From sequence record LC819006.1: a stretch of 64,000 nt of DNA; one strand, written 5' to 3'. Under the pieces are notes generated by a model. The model was given only the letters and a program-made list of their open reading frames with translations. It was not told the DNA's origin and did no database searches. Positions 27,301-36,809 of the stretch are shown here, in pieces; position 1 is the first letter of the stretch, and each line of letters opens with the position of its first letter. The translations under genes were made by a program, and so were the position numbers.

Positions 27301-28910
27301 TAGTCGTCGAAGTTGAATTCGGTGATGTCGAAACCCTTGCCGCTCGGGATCGTCTGGTATTCCAGCTTACGCAGCTGACCAACGTCGAACTCGACGATCT
27401 GTCCGTTGAACGGGCACTGGATAGTGCGGCCGTTGAACTTGAACTTCTTGACATCGTCGCCGATCAGGATGATCTTGCGCTTGCCTGCCAGGCTTAGATC
27501 GAACCACTTGAGCTTGCCCGGGTTGTTCTCGACGAACAGACGCGTTTCGCCGTTGCGGTCGGTCTTGATGTTCAGCATGCCATGGCGACCATCCTTCTGC
27601 GGCCACAACGTCATGTCGATACGCTCGACGTTCTTCTGGTTGCGCGAGACTTCATGCACAGCACCTTCGATCATACCGATGTAGTCCTTCGCATCAGCCA
27701 GATCTGCCAGCGAGAAGCTTCCCGTTTCCTGCTTGTGGGACGACTTGTGGCCGTCCGAGCCGATATGGGAAGTGGTCTTCGTCGTATGCTGGCGCGTGGT
27801 GAAGAGACCGAAGTCCTTACCGCGGTTGCCGTGGATGATCGTGAGTAGCGGGCCGAGAATCGGAATCAGCGGCACGAGCACCTGACCTGCCGACGAGAAC
27901 TCTTCGTTCGAGCTCATGTACGGCTTGAAGTTTTCGGTCGTGGCCTTAGCCAGATCGTCGGTGTCTTGCTTGACTTCCTTTTGCAGGTCGTCCTTGCCGT
28001 CACCTTGATCGTCGTCGCCACTGGCGTTGTCGTCCGAACCAGCAGCGTTATCGCCACCACCCGAATCATCGCCACCTGCGTTCTGATCATCACCACCAGC
28101 GCCGTCACCGCCGCCGTTATCGCCAGAACCGTCGTCTGCCGCAGGTGTGCCGCCATCGGGGTTGTCGTTCTGCTTCTGCTCACCGTCTTCGTCAGTCGCA
28201 CCGCCTGCAGGAGGCGCATCCGAATTGCCGTAGTCGGCGAGCGGTTGGTTCGTGTTCGGCGTGAGGAACATCGTTTCGTACATCTGCTTGATCTTCTCTT
28301 CCGATTCCGGAGATTGAAGACCTTCGGAACCATCGAGCATCTCGGTGAATTCCATCGGCAGTGCGGGGAGTTCCTTGCCACGCGGCCAGCTTTCCAGATC
28401 GATCTTGACCCAGTCGTGGTACTGCGCACCGGGTTTCGGGAAGCAATCGACTTCCCAGTTCAGGTCGCTGCCTTCGATCGGGAACGTATAACGATCCTTG
28501 ATCATGCCGGCGTCGCCGAAGTACTTGAAGATGTTGAACTGGTCGAGCGAGGATTGTTCCGGCGTTTCCGCACAGCTGCCACGCTCACCGATGTCCAGCT
28601 TCGACGTGAGAACGTACGAAACAGCAGCGCCCGGTTCACGCAGATTGATCGACTTGCGAACACGGATCGAGCCGGACCCAGCGTTCTTGTCGGTCTTCGC
28701 GATCTTGACAGACCATTGCTCCTGGCGCTCAGCACCAGTTGCACGTTCGAGCCAGGCGAAGTCCTTGACACGAACATAGATCACGCGCTCGATCTCAGCC
28801 GAGGTACGGCCGGAAACATCTTCCGCCTCGTTGGAAGCCAAGCCCTTGAGGGACTTGACCTCGACTTCCTGAAACGACTCTGCGATCAGGGTTCTGGGTC
28901 CGAAACTCAT
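27300..28910 (-). CDS. CYTH-like domain protein with an acidic linker, possibly head-packaged
   Basis: EIER..IRVRK..KDRYTF..WEVDCF..VKIDLE resembles a CYTH/TTM tunnel; long D/G-rich linker; second C-terminal domain. Confidence 0.55.
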   Translation of the reverse strand: MSFGPRTLIAESFQEVEVKSLKGLASNEAEDVSGRTSAEIERVIYVRVKDFAWLERATGAERQEQWSVKIAKTDKNAGSGSIRVRKSINLREPGAAVSYVLTSKLDIGERGSCAETPEQSSLDQFNIFKYFGDAGMIKDRYTFPIEGSDLNWEVDCFPKPGAQYHDWVKIDLESWPRGKELPALPMEFTEMLDGSEGLQSPESEEKIKQMYETMFLTPNTNQPLADYGNSDAPPAGGATDEDGEQKQNDNPDGGTPAADDGSGDNGGGDGAGGDDQNAGGDDSGGGDNAAGSDDNASGDDDQGDGKDDLQKEVKQDTDDLAKATTENFKPYMSSNEEFSSAGQVLVPLIPILGPLLTIIHGNRGKDFGLFTTRQHTTKTTSHIGSDGHKSSHKQETGSFSLADLADAKDYIGMIEGAVHEVSRNQKNVERIDMTLWPQKDGRHGMLNIKTDRNGETRLFVENNPGKLKWFDLSLAGKRKIILIGDDVKKFKFNGRTIQCPFNGQIVEFDVGQLRKLEYQTIPSGKGFDITEFNFDD

Positions 28911-28925
28911 AAGTTTGCTCCTTGC

Positions 28926-29246
28926 TTAGCCAGGCAAGAAGATCTTCATCAACTCGATGATGCTGTCGATAAATTTCTCCACCAGCTTGGCCTCAGGTAA
29001 AGGTTTTTCGAGAATGAAAGAAAGGAAATAGGTGAGGAAGATGAGAAAGAGCAGAACGATCAAAGCCGTGACGATTCTCCGTACAAACGGGTTCTTCAAA
29101 CGTTCCTTCATTTCTTCATCCTCCCGGTCGATGTCGAGAGCCTTCTCGACCTGATCCAGAAGATCATCGGTGGAGTTGTGCTCCTTGTCCTTGGTTTCTT
29201 CCGGTTTGGCAGTCATAACTGCCGACTCAGTTGCTGGAGTTGCCAT
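28926..29246 (-). CDS. small membrane protein, possible holin or antiholin
   Basis: one strong TM segment (RRIVTALIVLLFLIFLTYFLSFIL) plus a hydrophobic C-terminus; next to the spanin genes. Confidence 0.45.
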   Translation of the reverse strand: MATPATESAVMTAKPEETKDKEHNSTDDLLDQVEKALDIDREDEEMKERLKNPFVRRIVTALIVLLFLIFLTYFLSFILEKPLPEAKLVEKFIDSIIELMKIFLPG

Positions 29247-29568
29247 CGCTCTGCGCCTTCTTGTTCAGCTCGTCGACCTTCTTGCCGACTTGGGCTTTCC
29301 ATTCGCGCAGACCTGCTTTGTCGGCGTGTTCCTTACCGATTACGTTCAGGAGGTCAGTGGAATACTGCGTCCACATCGCTTCCTTGGCGTCGCAGGACAG
29401 CTTGCTGTACTCCACCGACGTATAGGGTGGAGGCGGAGCCGCGTTGTCCTGAAGCAGGTTATCGTTGGGGGTCATGATCGCATATTTGTCGCGGTACTGA
29501 ATCTGTGTCCCGCAACCGCTCAGGCTGACTGCTGCGATCATCGCAGCCAGCAAAATCTTCTTCTTCAT
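29227..29568 (-). CDS. outer-membrane lipoprotein, probable o-spanin
   Basis: lipobox MKKKILLAAMIAAVSLSG-C; PPPP stretch; overlaps the i-spanin stop. Confidence 0.7.
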   Translation of the reverse strand: MKKKILLAAMIAAVSLSGCGTQIQYRDKYAIMTPNDNLLQDNAAPPPPYTSVEYSKLSCDAKEAMWTQYSTDLLNVIGKEHADKAGLREWKAQVGKKVDELNKKAQSDGNSSN

Positions 29569-30062
29569 TTTTGAGGTCCCTCGCCTTGTACTTCGCTAGC
29601 AGTCGACGCCGGGAGAGCGGCTGCTGCTCGTGCTTTGCACTGGTCATTGGAAGGCTCCACGTTACAGAACGTATCCCACACGCTATCCATGCGGGCCACC
29701 GAGATTTGCTCCGTTTGTTGCACCGGATCTTTCACGGTCTGTTTGATTGTGGCTTCCTTCTTCTGAAGCGTATTGCGGACGACCACAGCCGAAGCTGCCA
29801 GGTCTTCCTTTTGTTGTGTGGTGACGGTCTGTGCCGCGTCGTTGGCTTTGGCGCCAGTGTCAGCGACCACGAGGTTCTGCTTTTCCTCATGGACCTGTTC
29901 TTGCGAGACGGCGATTTTCTGCACGTCCTTGATGTGTTGCTTGTAGAGGAAGTACGCCCCGATGCACATGGCGAGGAGAACCCCGCCAATCGCACAGTAC
30001 AGCCCCATCTTGATGCCTTTCACCGCCGGAACGGCATCTTCAACAACTTCTTCAATTCCCAT
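29565..30062 (-). CDS. probable i-spanin
   Basis: N-terminal TM helix, coiled-coil periplasmic region, C-terminal Cys pair; directly upstream of the lipoprotein. Confidence 0.65.
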   Translation of the reverse strand: MGIEEVVEDAVPAVKGIKMGLYCAIGGVLLAMCIGAYFLYKQHIKDVQKIAVSQEQVHEEKQNLVVADTGAKANDAAQTVTTQQKEDLAASAVVVRNTLQKKEATIKQTVKDPVQQTEQISVARMDSVWDTFCNVEPSNDQCKARAAAALPASTASEVQGEGPQK

Positions 30063-30633
30063 GATTGAGCTCTCTTTTTAAGGAACAATAGGCGACAGCA
30101 AGTGAGTCGACCGCATTGTTATCCATGGAGTCTATATCACCTACCAGAACATCCATGATCTCAGGTATTTTTTTAATTGCTTCAGTCATGGCGTGTTTTT
30201 CACCACTATTACCCTTGACGCCGACAGCATTCTTGATGCTAGAAGGATCAATGCGCTCCAGGCACATGTAAGGGTTATAGGCGTGAACTTCCTGCTCCGT
30301 CATGTACAAACACTCAGCCAAAGGAATGACTGCACCAGGCATTCTCGGGTTGATATACGGATGCTCAGAAGCGATGGCCATTGGGCGTTCTTTCTTGAAC
30401 AAAGCCCGCTGGTACATCCGAAACGCCTGAAGCTTCAGATAGCGCAGGTTCTGGTATTGGAAGTGAGGGCTGCGCTTAGCCATCTTCTCCAGATTCAGAG
30501 CGACAGCAGTAGCACGAACGATTTGCCTCGCTTCGACGTCATAGTGGAGTAGGCCAACCCCGGGAAACGATGTCCCGGGGTCGAAGCCTACAAACTTGAC
30601 AATACCATCCCCATCGTGCGGGATGTGAAGCAT
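30052..30633 (-). CDS. ruvC: RuvC-like Holliday junction resolvase
   Basis: FVGFDPGT..IASEHPY..PSSIKNAVG..K..DNNAVDSLAVA. Confidence 0.8.
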   Translation of the reverse strand: MLHIPHDGDGIVKFVGFDPGTSFPGVGLLHYDVEARQIVRATAVALNLEKMAKRSPHFQYQNLRYLKLQAFRMYQRALFKKERPMAIASEHPYINPRMPGAVIPLAECLYMTEQEVHAYNPYMCLERIDPSSIKNAVGVKGNSGEKHAMTEAIKKIPEIMDVLVGDIDSMDNNAVDSLAVAYCSLKRELNHGN

Positions 30634-30636
30634 GGG

Positions 30637-31491
30637 TTAGGCGTTCACGCCTTCCAGTTGGAAGAGCGGTTCGCTGATACCCAGTTCCAGGTTGTCCGTG
30701 AGCGACTCGTTGATGTAGTCGAGCGGATACATTGCCTGGACGAACGTGGCGACTTGCACGCCGATTGCTTCCGTGAACGGGAAGGTGCCCGTTTGCGACT
30801 GCGCCTGGATGACGGAATCTGCTCCCGTACACAGTGCCAGTTCCGAAACGATCGCACGGCCCGACTGCTGGGTGATGATCTGCGAAGCGTTGCGGATTTC
30901 GTTGATGTCGAACGAATCGAGTGGCAGACCGATGATGGTGGATGCCAGCACCGAATAACCAGCCAGCAGGTTGGTGCCCGATTCCGTCAGGTCCGTCGGA
31001 GTCGGATTCAGCGTCGATTCATCCGGCACTACGTCCGAGACAGTGGACGTACCATCGTCGAGCGTTTGCTTCAGGAACAGGTCGGTGTCGGCCTGCGAGA
31101 AGTCCACGCGCTTGATCCAGTACGCCCAGTACGGCGTACCGTTGTACTCGACTTGCTGGCGCAGTGCGTAACGAGCACGATACTGAGCCGGCAGGTCGTT
31201 GTCGAGCAGACGCAGCGAGAACGGCATGTGGTTGAAGAGCGCGCCGTCGTTGGATTTGTGCTGGAGAATCTTCGGATAGGTCGAACCATCAGCGCCGGTT
31301 GCCATACCGAGACCACCACGACCCAGTGCGATATAGCCGAGCTTCGGATAGACGCCAGAGCCCGGGTACTGCTGAGCCAGGGTGTTGAACTTTTCGTTCA
31401 GCGTGGTGTATTTCAACCACTTGTAAGCTGCGCCTCGAACCATTGCGGATTGCAGTGCCGAGAACCACAGCGTGCGGGTTACGTGTTCCAT
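30637..31491 (-). CDS. putative virion structural protein
   Basis: 284-aa ORF in the structural operon with core-gene codon style. Confidence 0.55.
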   Translation of the reverse strand: MEHVTRTLWFSALQSAMVRGAAYKWLKYTTLNEKFNTLAQQYPGSGVYPKLGYIALGRGGLGMATGADGSTYPKILQHKSNDGALFNHMPFSLRLLDNDLPAQYRARYALRQQVEYNGTPYWAYWIKRVDFSQADTDLFLKQTLDDGTSTVSDVVPDESTLNPTPTDLTESGTNLLAGYSVLASTIIGLPLDSFDINEIRNASQIITQQSGRAIVSELALCTGADSVIQAQSQTGTFPFTEAIGVQVATFVQAMYPLDYINESLTDNLELGISEPLFQLEGVNA

Positions 31492-31514
31492 GAGTGACCT
31501 GTCAAAGGGTGAGG

Positions 31515-33716
31515 TTACGATTCAAACAATGAGGTTTTTTGATCGTCGGTCAGGGCCATGTAACGGTCCATGCCAAGGATCGGTTGAAGCGGAGTACCAG
31601 ACGTATCCGGCGGATTGACCAGGCCAATCTCCACACGACTCAGACTGAAGTAGTGCTGATGGATCTGACCACGATCGGGTTCATGCGGACCGTTTCTCAA
31701 GTCCACGTAGATCTTGCCCTGACCGTACACCTTATGCGACAGGATCGTCGAGAAGATGTCGAGGCTAAAGCTTTCGTTATTGACGACGTCGGTGTTTTGA
31801 CTGATCACATCGACTGCGCCAAGACGCATGTACTCGTGACCCTCGCCATCGATTTTCTGATCGCCAACACGAACGCTAGGCAAATCGGTCATGATGGTTT
31901 CATCGTCCGCCATTTGCGTGACCACCTGAATGGTGTAGCTCGACAGATCAATGAGTGCGTTAGCCATCGCCTTCTGGATGTTACGCAGGCTCGGAGCAGT
32001 CACAAGTGCTTTACCCAGAGCCGCGCTTACCAAAGACGTATAGAGCAAACCGAATTCGTCTTGAGAAAGCGTATCGAAGTTCAGGTTCAGGCCCAGGAGC
32101 CATTCGCTGTACGTCGTACCTTCAGGTTCCAGTCGTACGTAAGCGTCACCGTAGAAACGCTCGACATACTTGAAGACTTCACCGCGGTCTTGCATGCCTT
32201 CCTGATACGCAACCAGATTGCGCTGGAAGTTAGCAGATTTGAAGATCCCATCAGTGGCTGCATAGAACGCATCGATCGAAATCATCGGGAATGCTTCGAC
32301 CACATATTTCTTAGCCGTGTTCCATGCGAAGTCATCGACGTACGTCATGTCAATGCCTTTCTTGAGATCAGCATCCGAGGGAATCGGATAACGTTGAACC
32401 CGCTGAGCGCCGAGCAGAGGAATCACAGGCTGGTTGAAGCCGTACTGTTTGTACATGCAATAAGTCGCCAGAATGTAGGCATCCTTCACAGACAGAACAA
32501 TACGCTCGCTCGTCTTCGGATTTTGTACATTGACGATCGCCGAATACAAACCGTTGGAAGCGTAATACAACCAGTGCGCCACCTGAATGTCTTCGAGCTT
32601 GTAGGTCTGAGCGCCAGAGTAATCGACCATCGCCGATTCCAGGAGCTTCGTCTGAACCACATTGGACGGGCTGTCCTTGAGGAACTGTGTAATGTCGTCC
32701 TGACCGTACGTAATCTCGTCGAGGTTATCCGGAGCAAGATTGTCCTCCTTAGCCAGGAAGGTCGGCAAGTCGATATATTCGGGCGCACCAGAAGACGGAA
32801 TGACCGTCATATCTGTACGCTTCATGGTGATATCGGCGTAGACGTTTTCGGTCACATTGGTCGTATCGTGACGCATCGTGTAATCAGCGAGCGGAATGTT
32901 CCGCTTGGTCATCAGAGCGTCGACGAGTTTGTCCAGTGTGTCGTTGGCACCCGGATGGCGCTGGTAATACAGGATGTTCCTGTAGAAGTGCATCGCCTGT
33001 TCCAGATTCATAAACTGGTAATACTGACCCAGATTCGAATTGGATGCCAGATAGTTGCTGACGTAGAAGCTGTGAGCTTCGATTGTCTTGTGGCGTTTCA
33101 AGCGCTCGGTCAGGATCAACGGCACGAGCATCATGTAGTAAATCGACATGACCACGCCGTAATACAAACTGTCCGAAATGTTATACTGCTCGTTATAATA
33201 GCGCTTGAAATAAATGGTCGTCCAGTCCTGCAGCGAGTTAACGAGTGTGTACTCATTGGACTCGATTGCGTTAACCGGGTAGCCCAGTATTGTATGGTCA
33301 GGGGCGGCTATAGCAGTCGCCTTATCAACCGGATATAGTACCCCCAGAATGACATCTTCCTGAGTAGGATACTTGGCGAGAAGCTCGCCATATTGCCGCG
33401 TACCGAACTGGTAATCGCGCGCAGTGTTCTTGTGAATGCGGAGATTTGCCGTGGTGAAGTCAATCACATCCAGATTGTCGGATGAAACGACTTGCATCAT
33501 GGTGTCTGTCGGATGGTACTCGCCTGCCAGATTCATGTAGTACTTCCATGTTTCTGGCTTATCCGCGTCTGTTTCGTATTCTTGGAATTGGAGAAGTCTG
33601 TCATTCACGCGTTGTGCCACGTACTCGGACTTGATAATCAAAGTCTGAGCCAATGTCAGCACGCTATTGAGATAGACCTGAAATGAATTATCGCTCACGG
33701 TAGGTATCCATGTCAT
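31515..33716 (-). CDS. putative virion (baseplate-type) structural protein
   Basis: 733-aa ORF divergent from the portal-like gene; WKYYMNLAGEYH motif recalled from phiKZ-like virion proteins. Confidence 0.55.
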   Translation of the reverse strand: MTWIPTVSDNSFQVYLNSVLTLAQTLIIKSEYVAQRVNDRLLQFQEYETDADKPETWKYYMNLAGEYHPTDTMMQVVSSDNLDVIDFTTANLRIHKNTARDYQFGTRQYGELLAKYPTQEDVILGVLYPVDKATAIAAPDHTILGYPVNAIESNEYTLVNSLQDWTTIYFKRYYNEQYNISDSLYYGVVMSIYYMMLVPLILTERLKRHKTIEAHSFYVSNYLASNSNLGQYYQFMNLEQAMHFYRNILYYQRHPGANDTLDKLVDALMTKRNIPLADYTMRHDTTNVTENVYADITMKRTDMTVIPSSGAPEYIDLPTFLAKEDNLAPDNLDEITYGQDDITQFLKDSPSNVVQTKLLESAMVDYSGAQTYKLEDIQVAHWLYYASNGLYSAIVNVQNPKTSERIVLSVKDAYILATYCMYKQYGFNQPVIPLLGAQRVQRYPIPSDADLKKGIDMTYVDDFAWNTAKKYVVEAFPMISIDAFYAATDGIFKSANFQRNLVAYQEGMQDRGEVFKYVERFYGDAYVRLEPEGTTYSEWLLGLNLNFDTLSQDEFGLLYTSLVSAALGKALVTAPSLRNIQKAMANALIDLSSYTIQVVTQMADDETIMTDLPSVRVGDQKIDGEGHEYMRLGAVDVISQNTDVVNNESFSLDIFSTILSHKVYGQGKIYVDLRNGPHEPDRGQIHQHYFSLSRVEIGLVNPPDTSGTPLQPILGMDRYMALTDDQKTSLFES

Positions 33717-36700
33717 CCAGCGTTAAAATCGTCGAAAACGTCACGAACGTTTCCAATGGCAAGAAGCTGCCTGTCTTGGAATTCGTTCGAACTCATAAGC
33801 CACTCGCGGCTGCGATCAGTAAGGCTACGCCTGGTACGGATCGAGTAACGCGCGACGGTCAGGGCAACCGTAAGGTTAGCTCGCCTGACTATGCTTCGAT
33901 GATCAGCGTTCACCGCACGATCAGTCGTCGTAACAAAGATGCGAAAATGACTTTCCAGATGTTGCCGGATTTGAAGCTGGCAATGGAAATGGTCATCTCG
34001 CTTATCATGTCGCCCAAAGACATGTTCAGTGATGAGGTTCTCATCCTGTCGGATTCGTCTGAACTCCTGCCCGCATCGCTGATGTCTTCGATGCTGCAAG
34101 TGACGACGGACTACTTCAAGAAGAACCACAACCTGACGGAATTCATTCAGCACATGCTTGAAGAGACTCTCGGCCTGCAGGGGGCTCTCCCCGTCGCCGT
34201 GATTCCTGAGAACGCGCTGGATGACCTCATCAACAACTACAATGCGAACCTGTCGCTGGAACGGTTCAGCACTGAATTTGACGTTGAGAGAAATATCCCC
34301 CATCCCCTGGGCATGCTTGGTGTACCAGACTATCTGACACCACGAACAAATAATACACGGCCTGTTACGGGTCGTATGAAGTTTGGCTCGAAGGTGTCGT
34401 TTGACCTGCAGTCGTACGAGACGTATCGGTCGATGAATTCGAGCAAGCCTTCTTCGGCTACCTCGGGTATCGCCTTCTCGAAACTCTTCAGCGACAAGGT
34501 CAAAGAAGAAGACAAGAGCAAGCCTTGGACCTTCAAGGTGCCTGAAGGCATGTCGGCTAAACCCGGCTCCGAAGGCAATGGAAATGAAATCGACGCAGAC
34601 AATCTGTGCTTTGTGACCGATAACATTTCCATCCTGAAGCTGCCTGTGCTGAAGGAACGCGCTCGTGGTCAGCGCGTGCATGAAGTCTTGAAGAAGCGCG
34701 GCTATAACAAGTTGCAGGCTTCTCTCGAATCGATGACGCTTGCGCTGTCGAACAAGCAAAAAGAAATCATCAAGAAAGATGCGCAAGACAAAGGCCGCAC
34801 ACTCGCTGATAGCGAAGTGGAAAGCCTGCTCTTTAAGAACCGTCGGTTTGCACATACGCCGGTTGCTGCCTTGCGCACGAACGGTAACCTCAAACGCAAC
34901 TCGATCGGCGAAGCCATGATCAAGGAGTTCGATACGGCGTGTTTCATCCCCGTGTCGATTGAGGGCGACCCCACTCGCAAGCTTGGTGGTTTCATCATGC
35001 TGGATGAGGATGGTTATCCTCTTACCACGCATAACGCAGATCCGGAAGAGATCGTCGACCTCTCCACCTACGCTGGTGGTTCGGGTAACTTCGTCTCCAG
35101 CATGAACGATCGAAGCAATTCGATCATGAACGGCAAGACGACTGAAGGCGTGTCGCAATACATGCTCAAGAAGTTCTTCACGAAGACGTTTGGCGAGATG
35201 GTTGAAAAAGACCTGATTGATCGCGTGAAGAATGGTCAGTACGACAACGGCGTTCAGCTGGCTTCGAATGAAGACTTCTACTGGCTGATGTTCACCCGCT
35301 GCATGAAGGGTCAGCGCACCCATCTGCTGTGGCTGCCCAACGAGTTCCTGGTGTACTTCGCACTGGACTACGACGAGATGGGCTTTGGTAAGAGCCTCCT
35401 GGACGACATCCGCAACATCACCAGCATGCGTATCATGCTGATGGTCTCGGGTATCGCCGCCTCGCTTCGTAACTCGATTGGCCGCACCAAAGTGACCGTC
35501 AAGCTGGATGAAGACGATCCCGATGCTGAAAAGTCCATCGAAGACATCCAGGATGAAATCCTGAAGAGCCGGATGAACCCCATCCCGTTCGGTATCAATA
35601 ACGTAGCGGATATTTCCAAGTATCTGCAACGTTCGTGCTATGAATTCGAGATCTCGGGTTCGAGCGCAATTCCGGACATGCAGGTTCAGTTCGAGCAATA
35701 CAACTCGCAGTATCCGAAGCCCGATGAAGATCTGATCAACCAGTTGAAAGAACTGTCGATCCATCACTTCGGTCTGACCAAAGACATGATCGATGCGGCT
35801 GAAGGTGTGGACTTCGCGATTCAAGCGGCGACCAACAACCTGATGACCATGAAGCGCGTGCAGCGCTGGCAGCGTAAGGTTGAACCTCTCGCATCGGAAT
35901 ACGTTCGCAAAGTCGCATTGGCTAGCGAATCGCAAATCGACGACCTGCGTCAGCTCGTCAGCAACAACTTCAAGCAACTGCAAGTCGAAAAGGTCAAGCG
36001 TTATTTCGACCTCAAAGACGATTCATTGCTCAATGACGAAGACTTCAAGAAGCTCGTCACGGAACAATGTTTGAACGTCTTCCTGAATAACCTGAAAGTC
36101 GAACTGCCTTCTCCGGCTGCGACGACTCTGGAAGCTCAGAAGCAACAGTTCACCGATGCTGCCGAGTTCTACAAGGAAGCAATCGATTACATCATCAACG
36201 AGTCCTTCTTCGACACGTCCGTTATGGGCGAAGACATGAACGGTCACGTCGATATGATCAAAAACATTATCCTGTCGCATTACATGCGCGAATACATGGC
36301 GAAGAACGCTATTCTGCCCGAACTGTCGGATCTCACTACGATCGGCGAAGATGGCAAGATCGCAGTCAACGTTATGGATAGCCTGGAGCAGCACATCAAG
36401 GCTCTCGGTATGTCGACGGGTAACTTCTTCAAGCGCTTCAAACACTTCGCACAACTCCAGACGGCACTCATGCAGGGCGTGGGTGAAAGCAGCACGACTG
36501 GTGAAACCGACACTGGTGGTGGTAGTTCTGGTGGCGGAGATGACTGGGGCGGCGGTGGCGGTGGTGACGACGATCTGCCTGGTCTGGATGATATTCCGAC
36601 CGATGATGGTTCGGGTACCAGCGACGAAACGTCTGATGAAGACACGGGATCTTCGGACGAAGATACGGGTGATGGTGGAAACGCCAACCCGGATGAAAAC

Positions 36701-36721
36701 AACGACGAAGAAGAATCGTAA
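33710..36721 (+). CDS. probable portal protein (phiKZ gp129-like)
   Basis: about 1000 aa, largely helical, with an acidic Gly/Asp tail; size and position match the phiKZ-like portal; assignment from recall, not alignment. Confidence 0.55.
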   Translation: MSSSVKIVENVTNVSNGKKLPVLEFVRTHKPLAAAISKATPGTDRVTRDGQGNRKVSSPDYASMISVHRTISRRNKDAKMTFQMLPDLKLAMEMVISLIMSPKDMFSDEVLILSDSSELLPASLMSSMLQVTTDYFKKNHNLTEFIQHMLEETLGLQGALPVAVIPENALDDLINNYNANLSLERFSTEFDVERNIPHPLGMLGVPDYLTPRTNNTRPVTGRMKFGSKVSFDLQSYETYRSMNSSKPSSATSGIAFSKLFSDKVKEEDKSKPWTFKVPEGMSAKPGSEGNGNEIDADNLCFVTDNISILKLPVLKERARGQRVHEVLKKRGYNKLQASLESMTLALSNKQKEIIKKDAQDKGRTLADSEVESLLFKNRRFAHTPVAALRTNGNLKRNSIGEAMIKEFDTACFIPVSIEGDPTRKLGGFIMLDEDGYPLTTHNADPEEIVDLSTYAGGSGNFVSSMNDRSNSIMNGKTTEGVSQYMLKKFFTKTFGEMVEKDLIDRVKNGQYDNGVQLASNEDFYWLMFTRCMKGQRTHLLWLPNEFLVYFALDYDEMGFGKSLLDDIRNITSMRIMLMVSGIAASLRNSIGRTKVTVKLDEDDPDAEKSIEDIQDEILKSRMNPIPFGINNVADISKYLQRSCYEFEISGSSAIPDMQVQFEQYNSQYPKPDEDLINQLKELSIHHFGLTKDMIDAAEGVDFAIQAATNNLMTMKRVQRWQRKVEPLASEYVRKVALASESQIDDLRQLVSNNFKQLQVEKVKRYFDLKDDSLLNDEDFKKLVTEQCLNVFLNNLKVELPSPAATTLEAQKQQFTDAAEFYKEAIDYIINESFFDTSVMGEDMNGHVDMIKNIILSHYMREYMAKNAILPELSDLTTIGEDGKIAVNVMDSLEQHIKALGMSTGNFFKRFKHFAQLQTALMQGVGESSTTGETDTGGGSSGGGDDWGGGGGGDDDLPGLDDIPTDDGSGTSDETSDEDTGSSDEDTGDGGNANPDENNDEEES

Positions 36722-36735
36722 AAACGAAAGCATTT

Positions 36736-36761
36736 CCACTGGGGGCCGAAGCCCCCAGTGG
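36736..36761 (+). terminator. stem-loop terminator
   Basis: CCACTGGGGGC-CGAA-GCCCCCAGTGG followed by TTTT. Confidence 0.75.
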
Positions 36762-36809
36762 TTTTATGCCGCGATCTTGTGATAAACGATAAAATTGCAA
36801 GGGATCATT

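Noticed and set aside
36480-36721. Gly/Asp-rich tail of the portal-like protein as a separate element
   Set aside because: It is in frame with the ORF and is an ordinary acidic disordered terminus.
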